From the NCBI GenBank assembly GCA_963832165.1, contig CAWHTE010000001.1, positions 1 to 64,000 of the forward strand: DNA of 64,000 nucleotides, read 5' to 3'. This document shows positions 26,230 to 35,656 of the stretch, piece by piece (position 1 is the first letter of the stretch; each line of letters opens with the position of its first letter). This DNA comes from an uncultured delta proteobacterium. GTDB taxonomy: Bacteria; Myxococcota_A; UBA9160; SMWR01. Made by a program: the position numbers and the translations under genes. The notes beneath the pieces are model-generated. The model saw only the letters and a program-made list of their open reading frames with translations, searched no databases and was not told the origin of the DNA.

Positions 26230-28713
26230 ATGCCCCGGGAAGCCGCCGCTCGCGCGCTCGCGTTCTGGCTCGTCTCCATCGCCCTCGCCGCATCCGGCGC
26301 GCGCGCCGAGCACTGTCCGGCCGCGCCCGAGCTGGGCGGCCCGTTGATCTCGGGAACGACCGCGATGGTCGCGGGGACACACGTTTGGACCGACTACGCG
26401 TACGACGACCGCGGCGCGAACACGAATCTGGTGTTCGGCGGCGACACGACCTACCCCGCGAGTCCGTATCCGGGCAACACCGCGGACCTGATCCAGCTCC
26501 ACGTCGGCACGGGCGTCGGCGGCGCGGTCGCGATCACGGCGCTGCTCGAGACGCTCGTGCCCGGTGCAGACGTCGCGATCGGCGTGGGCTTCGACACCGA
26601 TCAGAATGGCGTCACGGGCGCGCCCGCCGTGCCGGGCGGGCTCTGGGCGACAACGGCGCTCGGACTCGAGCATCTCGTGGTGCTCGACAGTCAGACCGCC
26701 ACCGCGACGCTCAGGTCCTACGTGTTAGGCGTGTGGCAGACGGTCGCGACCACACCCGCGACCGTCGATCGCGCCTGCAACACGATCTCCGCGTCGGTTC
26801 CGGGTCTCGTTCCGGGCACGGCGACCTGGAACGCCGTCGGCCTCGCGGGCTGGGCCGACGGTGCGGGCTCGTGGCAGAACGGCGCGCACCCGATCCACGA
26901 CCTCGCGTACGTCGTCGGCGAAGATCCCGTCACCGATCCGCTGCTCGCGCTCTACCAGCAGGTGCCGCAGATCTATCAACCTTGGCAGGACAACATCCAG
27001 TCCGACATCATCGCGGGCGCCGCAGATCCCGCGCCTGCGATCACAGAAATCGCGTTCGGCACCGGCGCGACGCAGCTGAATCCGCCCGTCGACGTCTCGA
27101 GCCCGGGCATCTACACATTCCTGTATCACTCGGTGATCGACCTGGGCGAGGGCACTACCACGGGCCCGTCGCTTCGGTACGCCGGGCCCTACCAGCCCTA
27201 CGTCGTCTACATCGCCTCGACGATTCCCGACGACGTCCCGCCGCCCGCGGTGATCTTCATGCACGGCGCGAACCAGAATCACCTGGTCAACGCGGTGCAC
27301 TTCAACCTCGAGAACGCCTCCGTGCCCGCGCTCGCGTCGTACGACGTGCCCGGGGTGGTGGTGCTCGGTCTCGGTCGCGACCCGACCTGGGGCACGGGAC
27401 CCGCGGAGATGGACCTTCTCGAGATGACCGACGACGCGGTCGCGCGCCTCGGGCTCGACGCCGAGCGGCTCGTGCTCTCGGGAATCTCGGCGGGCGGCGC
27501 GGGCACCTTCCGGCATCTGGTCCGCTACCCCGACCGCTGGACGGGCGGCTATTCGATCGTGGGCGGCGGCACCACCACGCTCGAGAATGCCACCAACGTG
27601 CCGCTGCGCTTCCACAACGGATTGCTCGACCCGCTCGTGAACGTGCAGGTCTACTTGAGCTCGGAGGCGGCGGTCGACGCCGCTGGCACGGTCGACTATC
27701 GCGGCGCGCTCGTGAATACGTCGTCGCATCTGCCCGAGCAGCTCGGCAACTGCTGGTATCTCGATCTGCTGAGCCGCCCGCGCGTCGTGAACCCGCCGCG
27801 TGTGCGCTACACGGTGCGGCCGTCCGAGTTCTTCATCGACCCGGACGTCGGGCTCGATCTCCACCCGGATGGCGCCTACTGGGTGTCGCAGCTCACCTCG
27901 AGGAACGACGCGGATGCGAGCATCGACACCACGAGCCTGCGCGCGGATCGCGGCCGCGTCGCGACTGCCGTCGACGAGATCGGCGAGAACGTCAGCTCGG
28001 GCCGCGATTTCTGCGGCCCGGATCCCACCGTGCAGACCGCCGACCAGTGGCTGTTGACCGGGCGCGCGATCGCACCCGCGCCGGTTCCGCTCGAGTGCTT
28101 CGACACGAAGCTCGAAGCGACGCTCGCGAACGCCGCGAGCGTCTCGCTCGACGTCGCGCGCGCGGGACTCGTGCCTGCGGGTCAGGTGGCGGGCGACTGG
28201 GACGGCGACGGCGTGGCCGACGCGGCCGACAACTGTCCGTACGCGGTGAATCCGATCCAGGAGGACGGCGGCGGCCTCAACACCGCCACAGCGAACGGCG
28301 TCGGCGACGCCTGCGAATGCGGCGACGTCTCGGGCAACGGCAAGGTGAACGGCCAGGACGCGCACGCGATCCGGCGCTACGGGCTCGGCAATCCGTCGAA
28401 CCCGCTGTTCGAGCTCGCGTGCAACTGCGATGTGTCGGGCAGCGGAACCTGCAACGGCCAGGACGCCGCCGCGGTGTCGCGCGCGGTGCTCGGTCTCGCG
28501 CCGAACCCGCTGTTCGCGAACGGCTGCGAGAGCCGCACGGGTGCGCGCCGCGTGCAGGTGACCACCGACGGCGCGAGCGACGTGACGCTCACGGGCCTGC
28601 TGCCGGGCACGCAGGTGAAGCTCGACGGCGTGCCGCTCGGTGCGATCGGTCCGGCGGGCTCGTTCGCGGTTCCGGTGCCGTCCGGCACCCACACGGTGCA
28701 GCTGCTGCCCTGA
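26230..28713 (+). CDS. Secreted alpha/beta-hydrolase (esterase/peptidase S9-like) with a TSP3-like + dockerin-like module
   Basis: Signal peptide, FMHGA, GISAGG nucleophile elbow, NGLLDPLV, His; DGDGVADAADNCP then a duplicated GDVSGNGKVNGQDA / CDVSGSGTCNGQDA at about 28321-28497. Confidence 0.82.
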   Translation: MPREAAARALAFWLVSIALAASGARAEHCPAAPELGGPLISGTTAMVAGTHVWTDYAYDDRGANTNLVFGGDTTYPASPYPGNTADLIQLHVGTGVGGAVAITALLETLVPGADVAIGVGFDTDQNGVTGAPAVPGGLWATTALGLEHLVVLDSQTATATLRSYVLGVWQTVATTPATVDRACNTISASVPGLVPGTATWNAVGLAGWADGAGSWQNGAHPIHDLAYVVGEDPVTDPLLALYQQVPQIYQPWQDNIQSDIIAGAADPAPAITEIAFGTGATQLNPPVDVSSPGIYTFLYHSVIDLGEGTTTGPSLRYAGPYQPYVVYIASTIPDDVPPPAVIFMHGANQNHLVNAVHFNLENASVPALASYDVPGVVVLGLGRDPTWGTGPAEMDLLEMTDDAVARLGLDAERLVLSGISAGGAGTFRHLVRYPDRWTGGYSIVGGGTTTLENATNVPLRFHNGLLDPLVNVQVYLSSEAAVDAAGTVDYRGALVNTSSHLPEQLGNCWYLDLLSRPRVVNPPRVRYTVRPSEFFIDPDVGLDLHPDGAYWVSQLTSRNDADASIDTTSLRADRGRVATAVDEIGENVSSGRDFCGPDPTVQTADQWLLTGRAIAPAPVPLECFDTKLEATLANAASVSLDVARAGLVPAGQVAGDWDGDGVADAADNCPYAVNPIQEDGGGLNTATANGVGDACECGDVSGNGKVNGQDAHAIRRYGLGNPSNPLFELACNCDVSGSGTCNGQDAAAVSRAVLGLAPNPLFANGCESRTGARRVQVTTDGASDVTLTGLLPGTQVKLDGVPLGAIGPAGSFAVPVPSGTHTVQLLP

Positions 28714-28732
28714 TCGATCTTTGGTGGATGCG

Positions 28733-30409
28733 ATGATGAAGAAGCTGCTCCTGGCCTGTGCGCTGTTCCTGTCCGTCGCGAGCGCGGCGGTCGCGCAGGT
28801 GGTTCCGAACCCGACCGTGTCGGGGCCCGTTTCCGGCGGCATTCGCGGCACGCCGCTCATGGCGAGTCTGTTCGAGCTCGGGACCTGGGGCTACTCGGAG
28901 CAGGAGTTCTTCACCGAGGGCAACGCCGCCGCCTACGCGCTCGCTCCGCAGATCAGCGCGCCGTACCGGACGCGCGTGCTCGTGCGGCGCCCGCTCGATC
29001 CGCAGCGCTTCAACGGCACCGTGTACGTGGAGTGGCTCAACGTCACGGGCGGCGTGAGTCTCGACCCCGACTGGGCGGTGGGCCAGCGCGAGCTCTTGCG
29101 CAGCGGCTACGCCTACGTGGGCGTCGACGCGCAGCTCGCGGGTGTGCTCGCGCTGAAGGCGTGGGATCCGGTGCGCTATGCGACGCTCCTGCATCCCAGC
29201 GACGACTTCTCGTTCGCGATCTTCGCGCAGGTGGCGAAGGCGCTGCGCTCGCCGCAGGGCGTCGACCTCCTGGGCGGGCTCGTTGCGCAGCACGTGATCG
29301 CGATGGGCGAGTCGCAGTCGGGCGGCCGGCTCAACACCTACGTGAACGACGTCCACCCGCAGATCGACGACGTGTTCGACGGCTTCATGATCGGCGGCGA
29401 CAACGGGAAGCTCACCGATCCCGAGCAGCTCGACGTGCCGGTGCTGCGCTTCAACAGCGATTTCGACGTCGGAGGCGACGCCCAGCCCGACGGACCCTTC
29501 TACCGCGTCTGGGAGATGGGTGGCTCGGGTCACAACACCTACTACTTCTCGTCGTACGCCTCCGCCGTGACGACGCGCGACCTCGGTGTCGCTCTCGCCG
29601 AGAACGACATACCGCTCGTGTGCATGGTCAACCGCTACCCGAAGCAGCTCGTGTTCCGCTCCGTGCTGCATCACCTGAACCAATGGGTGGCCCACGGCGT
29701 CGCGCCGCCGAGCGCGCCGCACATCTCGTTCACGGGCGGTGTGCGCGACGTGGACGCGTTCGGAAACTCCGTGGGTGGGATCCGGCTGCCCGCCGTGGAA
29801 GCGCCCGTCGCCACCTACAACCAGGGCCCCGCGTGCGGCGCGACGTCGGGATCGACGATGTACTTCGACGCAGCGACGCTGGCCTCGCTGTATCCCGCGC
29901 AGAGCAACTACGACTCGGCCGTGAGCGCGGCGCAGGACGCAGCGGTCGCGGCGGGCTTCGTGCTGCCGGCCGACCGCGTGCAGTGCCCCGACCAGTTCTT
30001 CGCGCCGCTCGGCACCGACCTCGTGATCTCGGCACTCGACGACTGCGACTCCGACACGGTCGCCGAGGCGGTCGACAACTGTCTGTTCAAACCGAACACC
30101 GATCAGGCGGACTCGGGCGGCGTCGCGAGCGCGGTCGCCGACGGGATCGGCGATGCGTGCCAGTGCGGCGACGTGACGGGCAACGGGATCGTGAACGGCC
30201 AGGATGCGAACGCGATCCGCCGCCACGTCCTCGGCCTGCAGCCGAACCCGACGTTCACCGCGCCGGGCCACTGCGACGTCACCGGAAACGGCGTCTGCAA
30301 TGGCCAGGATGCCAACGCGATCCAGCGGGCCGCGCTCGGCAAGCCGAGCCCGCTGTTCGGGCAGAACTGCCACGACGCGCTCGGCGCGCCGGTGCCGCCG
30401 GGGCTGTGA
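28733..30409 (+). CDS. Secreted alpha/beta-hydrolase-domain protein with a C-terminal TSP3-like + dockerin-like module
   Basis: Signal peptide, RFNGTVYVEWLNVT, GESQSG, GGIRLP; duplicated loops GDVTGNGIVNGQDA / CDVTGNGVCNGQDA at about 30167-30340. Confidence 0.83.
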   Translation: MMKKLLLACALFLSVASAAVAQVVPNPTVSGPVSGGIRGTPLMASLFELGTWGYSEQEFFTEGNAAAYALAPQISAPYRTRVLVRRPLDPQRFNGTVYVEWLNVTGGVSLDPDWAVGQRELLRSGYAYVGVDAQLAGVLALKAWDPVRYATLLHPSDDFSFAIFAQVAKALRSPQGVDLLGGLVAQHVIAMGESQSGGRLNTYVNDVHPQIDDVFDGFMIGGDNGKLTDPEQLDVPVLRFNSDFDVGGDAQPDGPFYRVWEMGGSGHNTYYFSSYASAVTTRDLGVALAENDIPLVCMVNRYPKQLVFRSVLHHLNQWVAHGVAPPSAPHISFTGGVRDVDAFGNSVGGIRLPAVEAPVATYNQGPACGATSGSTMYFDAATLASLYPAQSNYDSAVSAAQDAAVAAGFVLPADRVQCPDQFFAPLGTDLVISALDDCDSDTVAEAVDNCLFKPNTDQADSGGVASAVADGIGDACQCGDVTGNGIVNGQDANAIRRHVLGLQPNPTFTAPGHCDVTGNGVCNGQDANAIQRAALGKPSPLFGQNCHDALGAPVPPGL

Positions 30410-32964
30410 TCGTGCGCGAGCTCTCCGTTCGCATGCTTTGCTTCGCCGCACTGACCGCGGTCGCACTCGCCGTCGGGCCCGCAAGTGCGCGCGCGCAGGA
30501 GCTCGGTCCGCTGATCGCGGGGCGCTCCGCGTACGTGGACGGCACGTTCGTGTGGACCGACTACGCGTACGACGATCACGGAGCGAACACCAACGGCCGG
30601 CCCGGCGGAGACGGCATGGGCGGCTACCCGGCCGGCCTCGAGAACCACGCAGACCTGATCCAGCTCCAGATCGGCCTCGCGGCCGGGCAGATCGCGATTC
30701 GCGCGATCCTCGAGACGCTCGTCGACGCGGGGCGGCCCGTGCTCGGCGTCGCGTTCGACAGCGATGCCAACCCCACCACGGGCGCGACTTCGCTGCCGGG
30801 CGGGTCCTGGACGCCTGCGTCACCACTCGGTGTCGACCGTCTCGTGATCGCACGCGGATCGAGCGCGCGGCTCTATCAGTACTCGGGCGCATGGGTGCTC
30901 GCGGGAGAGTTCCCCGCGAGCGTCGACACGGCGGCCAACACGATCTCCACCACGGTACCCGCCTCGCTCGCGAGCCCGGGCGCGGCGACGTGGCGCGCGT
31001 TCGGCGTGCTCGGCTTCGCGGACCCGCTGCTCGGCACGTCGTGGCCCGAGGGCGGCGTGATCCTCGATCTCGCGTTCGTCGACGAGCGGCCCTATCTGCA
31101 CCAGAGCGCGCTGCAGGGCGACGTGCTCGCGGGGCTGGCCGATCCCGACGCGGCGGCCGCAGCGGTCGACTTCGCGCGCGTCGCGGCTGCGGACACGGAG
31201 CTGCCGGAGCCGCGGCTCGGACGGTTCGAGACTTTCCTCTACCACTCCGCGCTCGACCTGCCCGAGGGCATCGGCGCCGCGGGCGGCGTGATCTCGGGCC
31301 AGATCTACCTCGGGCCCTACCAGCCCTATCTCGTCTGGGTGCCCGATCCGCTGCCCGCGCCCGCACCCCTGCTCGTGTTCCTGCACGGCGCCTCGCAGAA
31401 CCATCTGCAGGACACGTGGGTGAACGCGACCGGTTGGCCCTATCACGGGCTCACACCGGGTCTCGTCGCGGGCTATGCGGGCAACAACAAGCCCGTCGGC
31501 GCCGATCCCGGCGACGTCTACCTGCCCAACGACGGTGCGATCGGTTCGATCGTGCACATCGAGCGCTCATTCGTGCCGTACGCGGCGCCGGGCCTCGTGC
31601 TCTTTCCGCTCGGGCGCAGCAACAGCAGCGGCTACGCCGGAATCCACGAGGAGGACGTGCTCGAGGCGATCGAGGACCTGTCTTCGCGCTTCAGCGTCGA
31701 CGCGGATCGCGTGAGCCTCTCGGGCGCGTCGATGGGTGGCATCGGAACGTTCCGGCTCGCAGCGCTCCACCCCGATCTCTGGTCGCACGCCGCGCCGCTG
31801 CTCGGCTCCGGCGCGGACGTATCCGAGCTCTACGAGAACCTCTACAACGTGCCGGTGCGCATGCACAACGGCCTGCTCGACCCGCTGGTCTCCCAGCCCG
31901 CACCGACGCAGACCGCCGATGCGATCGACGCGCTCGGCTACGACTACCGCTACTACCTGTTCGCAACGCGCGAGCACGAATCGCTGTTCCCGATCAATCA
32001 CTGCTTGCGCGCGGAGGCGCTCGCCGCGCTGCGCGACACGAACCCCGCGCGCGTGGTGTTCTCGGTGCGGCCCGAGTTCGCCGACGAGCAGCCGGACATC
32101 GGCTACGAGCACCGCTACGACCGCGCCTACTGGGTCTCGGAGATCGCGGTGCGCTCCGGCAGCGACGAGGGAAACGTCACGGCCACGAGCCACGCGCGGC
32201 CCGGGCGCGTGCGCTCGGCCACGGCGATCCTCGCGGCGCGCCAGAACATCAGCGAGGGGCGCGACGAATGCGGACCGAACCCCTCCGTGCAGACGCTCGA
32301 CGTCTGGACCGAGCGCGGAATCGCGCTCGCACCCGCGGAGCCCGCGCCGCTGCTCGAGCAGCGCGTCGCGACCGCGCTCACCGCGATCGACGCGGTCGCG
32401 CTCGATCTCGTGCGCGCCGGGATCGTGCCCGCGGGCGGCTCGCCGGGCGATTGGGACGGCGACGGCGTGGGCGATGCGGTCGACAACTGCCGCTACTGGC
32501 CGAATCCGGGCCAGGGGGATGCGGGCGGTTTCGCGGGCGCGGGGCCGGACGGGATCGGCGACGCGTGTCAGTGCGGCGACGTCTCGGACAACGGGCGCGT
32601 GAACGGGCAGGATGCGCACGCGGTGACGCGCCACGGCCTCGGCGTGACCCCGAACGCCGCGTTCCGCGTGCTCGAGAAGTGCGACGTGACCGGCAACGGC
32701 CTGTGTAACGGTCAGGATGCGGGGGCGATTCGGGCGGCGCTGATCGGCGCGCCGAGCGCCTATCACGCCACCGCGTGCCCCGCGTTCACGGGCGAGCGAT
32801 TCGTGGACGTGAGCACGGACGGCCCGAGTCAGGTCACCCTGTCCGGGCTCGTTCCGGGTACACTGGGCCGCCTCGACGCGGCGCCCGCGGGCGCCGCAGG
32901 CAGCGACGGCAGGCTCACGATCGCAGTTCCGACCGGACAGCACCGGATCGGAATCCGGCCGTGA
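30406..32964 (+). CDS. Secreted alpha/beta-hydrolase (paralog of 26230-28713) with a TSP3-like + dockerin-like module
   Basis: GTGA overlap start; shares WTDYAYDD.GANTN, ADLIQL, GPYQPY, HNGLLDPLV; GASMGG; dockerin-like at about 32575-32748. Confidence 0.82.
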   Translation: MIVRELSVRMLCFAALTAVALAVGPASARAQELGPLIAGRSAYVDGTFVWTDYAYDDHGANTNGRPGGDGMGGYPAGLENHADLIQLQIGLAAGQIAIRAILETLVDAGRPVLGVAFDSDANPTTGATSLPGGSWTPASPLGVDRLVIARGSSARLYQYSGAWVLAGEFPASVDTAANTISTTVPASLASPGAATWRAFGVLGFADPLLGTSWPEGGVILDLAFVDERPYLHQSALQGDVLAGLADPDAAAAAVDFARVAAADTELPEPRLGRFETFLYHSALDLPEGIGAAGGVISGQIYLGPYQPYLVWVPDPLPAPAPLLVFLHGASQNHLQDTWVNATGWPYHGLTPGLVAGYAGNNKPVGADPGDVYLPNDGAIGSIVHIERSFVPYAAPGLVLFPLGRSNSSGYAGIHEEDVLEAIEDLSSRFSVDADRVSLSGASMGGIGTFRLAALHPDLWSHAAPLLGSGADVSELYENLYNVPVRMHNGLLDPLVSQPAPTQTADAIDALGYDYRYYLFATREHESLFPINHCLRAEALAALRDTNPARVVFSVRPEFADEQPDIGYEHRYDRAYWVSEIAVRSGSDEGNVTATSHARPGRVRSATAILAARQNISEGRDECGPNPSVQTLDVWTERGIALAPAEPAPLLEQRVATALTAIDAVALDLVRAGIVPAGGSPGDWDGDGVGDAVDNCRYWPNPGQGDAGGFAGAGPDGIGDACQCGDVSDNGRVNGQDAHAVTRHGLGVTPNAAFRVLEKCDVTGNGLCNGQDAGAIRAALIGAPSAYHATACPAFTGERFVDVSTDGPSQVTLSGLVPGTLGRLDAAPAGAAGSDGRLTIAVPTGQHRIGIRP

Positions 32965-32984
32965 ATCGGAGAAGGAAGAAGGCG

Positions 32985-33551
32985 ATGAAGCAGCAGATCC
33001 TGCTCGTGAGCACGGCGATGCTCGGCGCGGCGATAGGCGCCTCCGCGGGCACGCTCGATTTCTGGGAGAGCTCGCTCGGCGCAAAGGACGTCACGGCGAG
33101 TTTCCCGACGGGCGCCGCACAGCAGGCCAACGTCGATTTCGACGCGGACTCCGCCGAGGGCGGCGGAATGTTGCTCGGCGCCTCGGAAGTCGAGATCCGT
33201 CCGACGGGGTCGGTGTCGTTCACGAGCTTCAACTGCGAGCTCCAGTCCTGCAACAACGACGACTACGTGTTCGTCGCGGGCACGGCGGGTCAGGGCGGAC
33301 TCGTGCGCGTGAGCGATCCCGACGTCGACGAGAAGCACGGGATCTACGACCTCGGCACGATCACGTTCGACGCGCCGCAAGAGCCCGGCTCCCTGCCGCT
33401 CGTCACCTGCAACTACACGGGACTCGACGGACAGGAGCACACGTGCAGCCCGTTCGTGCTCGTGACGCTGCCGGAGCCGAGTGGTTCTGCTGCGCTCGTC
33501 GCGGGCGCCGCGCTGATGTTCGGCGCACTCCGACGGCGCCGCGCGCGCTGA
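32985..33551 (+). CDS. PEP-CTERM surface protein, ~150-aa beta-rich domain (cohesin-like candidate)
   Basis: Signal peptide, acidic beta-rich body with 4 Cys, LPEP + hydrophobic helix + RRRR; purine-rich RBS. Confidence 0.8.
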   Translation: MKQQILLVSTAMLGAAIGASAGTLDFWESSLGAKDVTASFPTGAAQQANVDFDADSAEGGGMLLGASEVEIRPTGSVSFTSFNCELQSCNNDDYVFVAGTAGQGGLVRVSDPDVDEKHGIYDLGTITFDAPQEPGSLPLVTCNYTGLDGQEHTCSPFVLVTLPEPSGSAALVAGAALMFGALRRRRAR

Positions 33552-33688
33552 AACGAGCGTTTCACGATCATCATTCGCCTAGCGAACTTGAATTGCGCGC
33601 GCGCGCAGGAAATCAGTTGAAAGCCCGCACGCGCAAAGGTTAAATAGCGCGTCGACCTGCGCCTCCTTGGGAAGGGAAGGATCTGCCG

Positions 33689-34255
33689 ATGCGCTCCAAG
33701 CTCGTCCGTGCTGTCACTGCGTTGCTGTTCGTGTTACTCGCCGCGCCCGCGTGGGCGGGCACGCTTCAGTACTTCGAAGCTTCGTTCGGGAGCCCCGGCG
33801 TCACCGCGGTGTTCGGAACCGGCGGAAGCGGACTCCTGGCCGACATCGACTACAACGCGAGCTCGGCCGAGGGAGGCAGCGTGCTGTACGGCGCGAGCGA
33901 GATCACGATCGTGCCGCTCGGCGATGCCGTGCTCAACGCGTTCCAGTGTCAGCTCGCGGCGGGGTGCATCGACGACGAGGACTACACGTTCACGCCGGGC
34001 GGCGCGGGCGTGGGCCAGATCTTCGTGATCGACCCGGATACCGATCCGCAGACCGGTCTGCTCGAGCTCGGCGACATCAACTGGGACAGCTTCGGCTCCG
34101 GCAGCCTGTATCTCGAGAGCTGCAACTACACCGACGCAAGCGCGACGGAGCGCACCTGCACCCCGTTCACGCTGGCCACGACGGTTCCCGAGCCCGGGAC
34201 GGGGGCGCTGCTGGCGTTCGCGCTCGCTGCGCTCGCCGCCGCGCGACGCCGATAG
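33689..34255 (+). CDS. PEP-CTERM surface protein, paralog of 32985-33551 (cohesin-like candidate)
   Basis: Shares SAEGG..L.GASE, F.C.L, DY.F, DPD.D, LG.I, GSL.L..CNYT..E.TC.PF.L; ends VPEP + TM + RRR. Confidence 0.82.
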   Translation: MRSKLVRAVTALLFVLLAAPAWAGTLQYFEASFGSPGVTAVFGTGGSGLLADIDYNASSAEGGSVLYGASEITIVPLGDAVLNAFQCQLAAGCIDDEDYTFTPGGAGVGQIFVIDPDTDPQTGLLELGDINWDSFGSGSLYLESCNYTDASATERTCTPFTLATTVPEPGTGALLAFALAALAAARRR

Positions 34256-34271
34256 CCGCGAGGGCGTTCGA

Positions 34272-35456
34272 CTAGGCGCCGCCGTACTGCGCGAGAAGCC
34301 GCGCGCGGGCGCGCGGCTGGATGTTCGCGCGCGTGAGGTCGCCGCCGTAGTGCGCGGCCACGCGCGGATCCATCACGCGGCGCCACAGCGGCGGCAGGTA
34401 CGCGAGCAGGATCATCCCCGCGTAGCCCGAGGGCAGCTCGGGCAGGCCGTCGAAGTGGCGCAGCGCCTGGTAGCGCCGCGTGGGGTTCGCGTGGTGATCC
34501 GAGTGACGCTGGAGGTGGTACAGGAACAGGTTCGACGCGGTGTTGTTCGAGTTCCAGCTGTGCTCGGGCCGGCAGCGCTCGAGGCGCCCGTCGGCGCTCT
34601 GCTGGCGCAGGAGTCCGTAGTGCTCGATGTAGTTCACCACCTCGAGCAGCGAGAAGCCGATCACCGCCTGCACGACGAGCCACGGCACGATGCCGACGCC
34701 GAACCAGGCGATCAGCCCGCCGAATAGCGCGACGCTCATCGCCCACGCGTTCAGCAGATCGTTGTGGACGCTGAAGAACGGCTTGCCCACGCGCGCGAGC
34801 CGCTCGCGCTCGAGCACGATCGCCGAGCGCAGGCTGCCGATCACCGTGCGCGGCAGGAACTCCCAGAAGGTCTCGCCCATGCGCGCGCTCGCGGGGTCGT
34901 CGAACGTGGCGACGCGCACGTGGTGGCCGCGGTTGTGCTCGACGAAGAAGTGCCCGTAGGCGGTCTGCGCGAGGGCGACCTTCGAGAGCCACTTCTCGTG
35001 CGTGCTGCGCTTGTGGCCGAGCTCGTGGGCGGTGTTGATCGAGATCCCGGCCACCATCGCCACCGTGAGCGCGAGGCCGAGCTTCTCGGCGAACGCGAGA
35101 TCGCCGTGCGTCCACATCCAGCACGCGAACACGAGCGATGCGAACTGGAGCGGCAGGAACAGGTACACGCACCAGCGGTAGTACGGATCGGCGTCGAGGC
35201 GGCTCACCGCAGACTCGGGCGGATTCGATGCGTCCTTGCCGATCAGGTGGTCGATGATCGGTACGAGTCCGAACGAGGCGAGCGGCCCGAGCCACCACAT
35301 GAAGGTCTGGCCCGTCGCCCACACGTGGGCCCCCGCGATGAACGGCAGCAGCGGCACCTGGAGGCCGAGCAGCCAGTAGAAGCGCTTGGGGTCGCGCCAG
35401 ATCCTCGTGTGCTTGGGCAGGGCTGCAGTGCTCGCGCTCATCGATCGGGTCTCCAT
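34272..35456 (-). CDS. alkB: Alkane 1-monooxygenase (non-heme diiron)
   Basis: All AlkB boxes are present: HELGHK, EHNRGHH, NYIEHYGL, LQRHSDHHA; also WRDPKR and DPASAR.GE. Confidence 0.96.
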   Translation of the reverse strand: METRSMSASTAALPKHTRIWRDPKRFYWLLGLQVPLLPFIAGAHVWATGQTFMWWLGPLASFGLVPIIDHLIGKDASNPPESAVSRLDADPYYRWCVYLFLPLQFASLVFACWMWTHGDLAFAEKLGLALTVAMVAGISINTAHELGHKRSTHEKWLSKVALAQTAYGHFFVEHNRGHHVRVATFDDPASARMGETFWEFLPRTVIGSLRSAIVLERERLARVGKPFFSVHNDLLNAWAMSVALFGGLIAWFGVGIVPWLVVQAVIGFSLLEVVNYIEHYGLLRQQSADGRLERCRPEHSWNSNNTASNLFLYHLQRHSDHHANPTRRYQALRHFDGLPELPSGYAGMILLAYLPPLWRRVMDPRVAAHYGGDLTRANIQPRARARLLAQYGGA

Positions 35457-35507
35457 TCCTGCGGGCGTCGTCGACCCGGGAGATTTCCACGTCTGCGCGT
35501 TGGAAGC

Positions 35508-35565
35508 TACACCAGTGTAAGTAGATAGTTAGCTAGACGAACTAACAGGATTTGGACAGCCTGTT
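35508..35565. promoter_or_regulatory. Cluster of inverted repeats in the divergent alkB promoter region
   Basis: TACAC-CA-GTGTA (35508-35519), GTTAG..CTAAC, AACAGG..CCTGTT (35544-35565) in AT-rich DNA. Confidence 0.5.
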
Positions 35566-35656
35566 CGCGCGAGTTCGAAAGAGATTGATTCGCCACGGCT
35601 CCACAGGATCTAATGTTCCGTTTTCGGTCCCGGGAGCCCCTGGGCGAGGCATAGAG

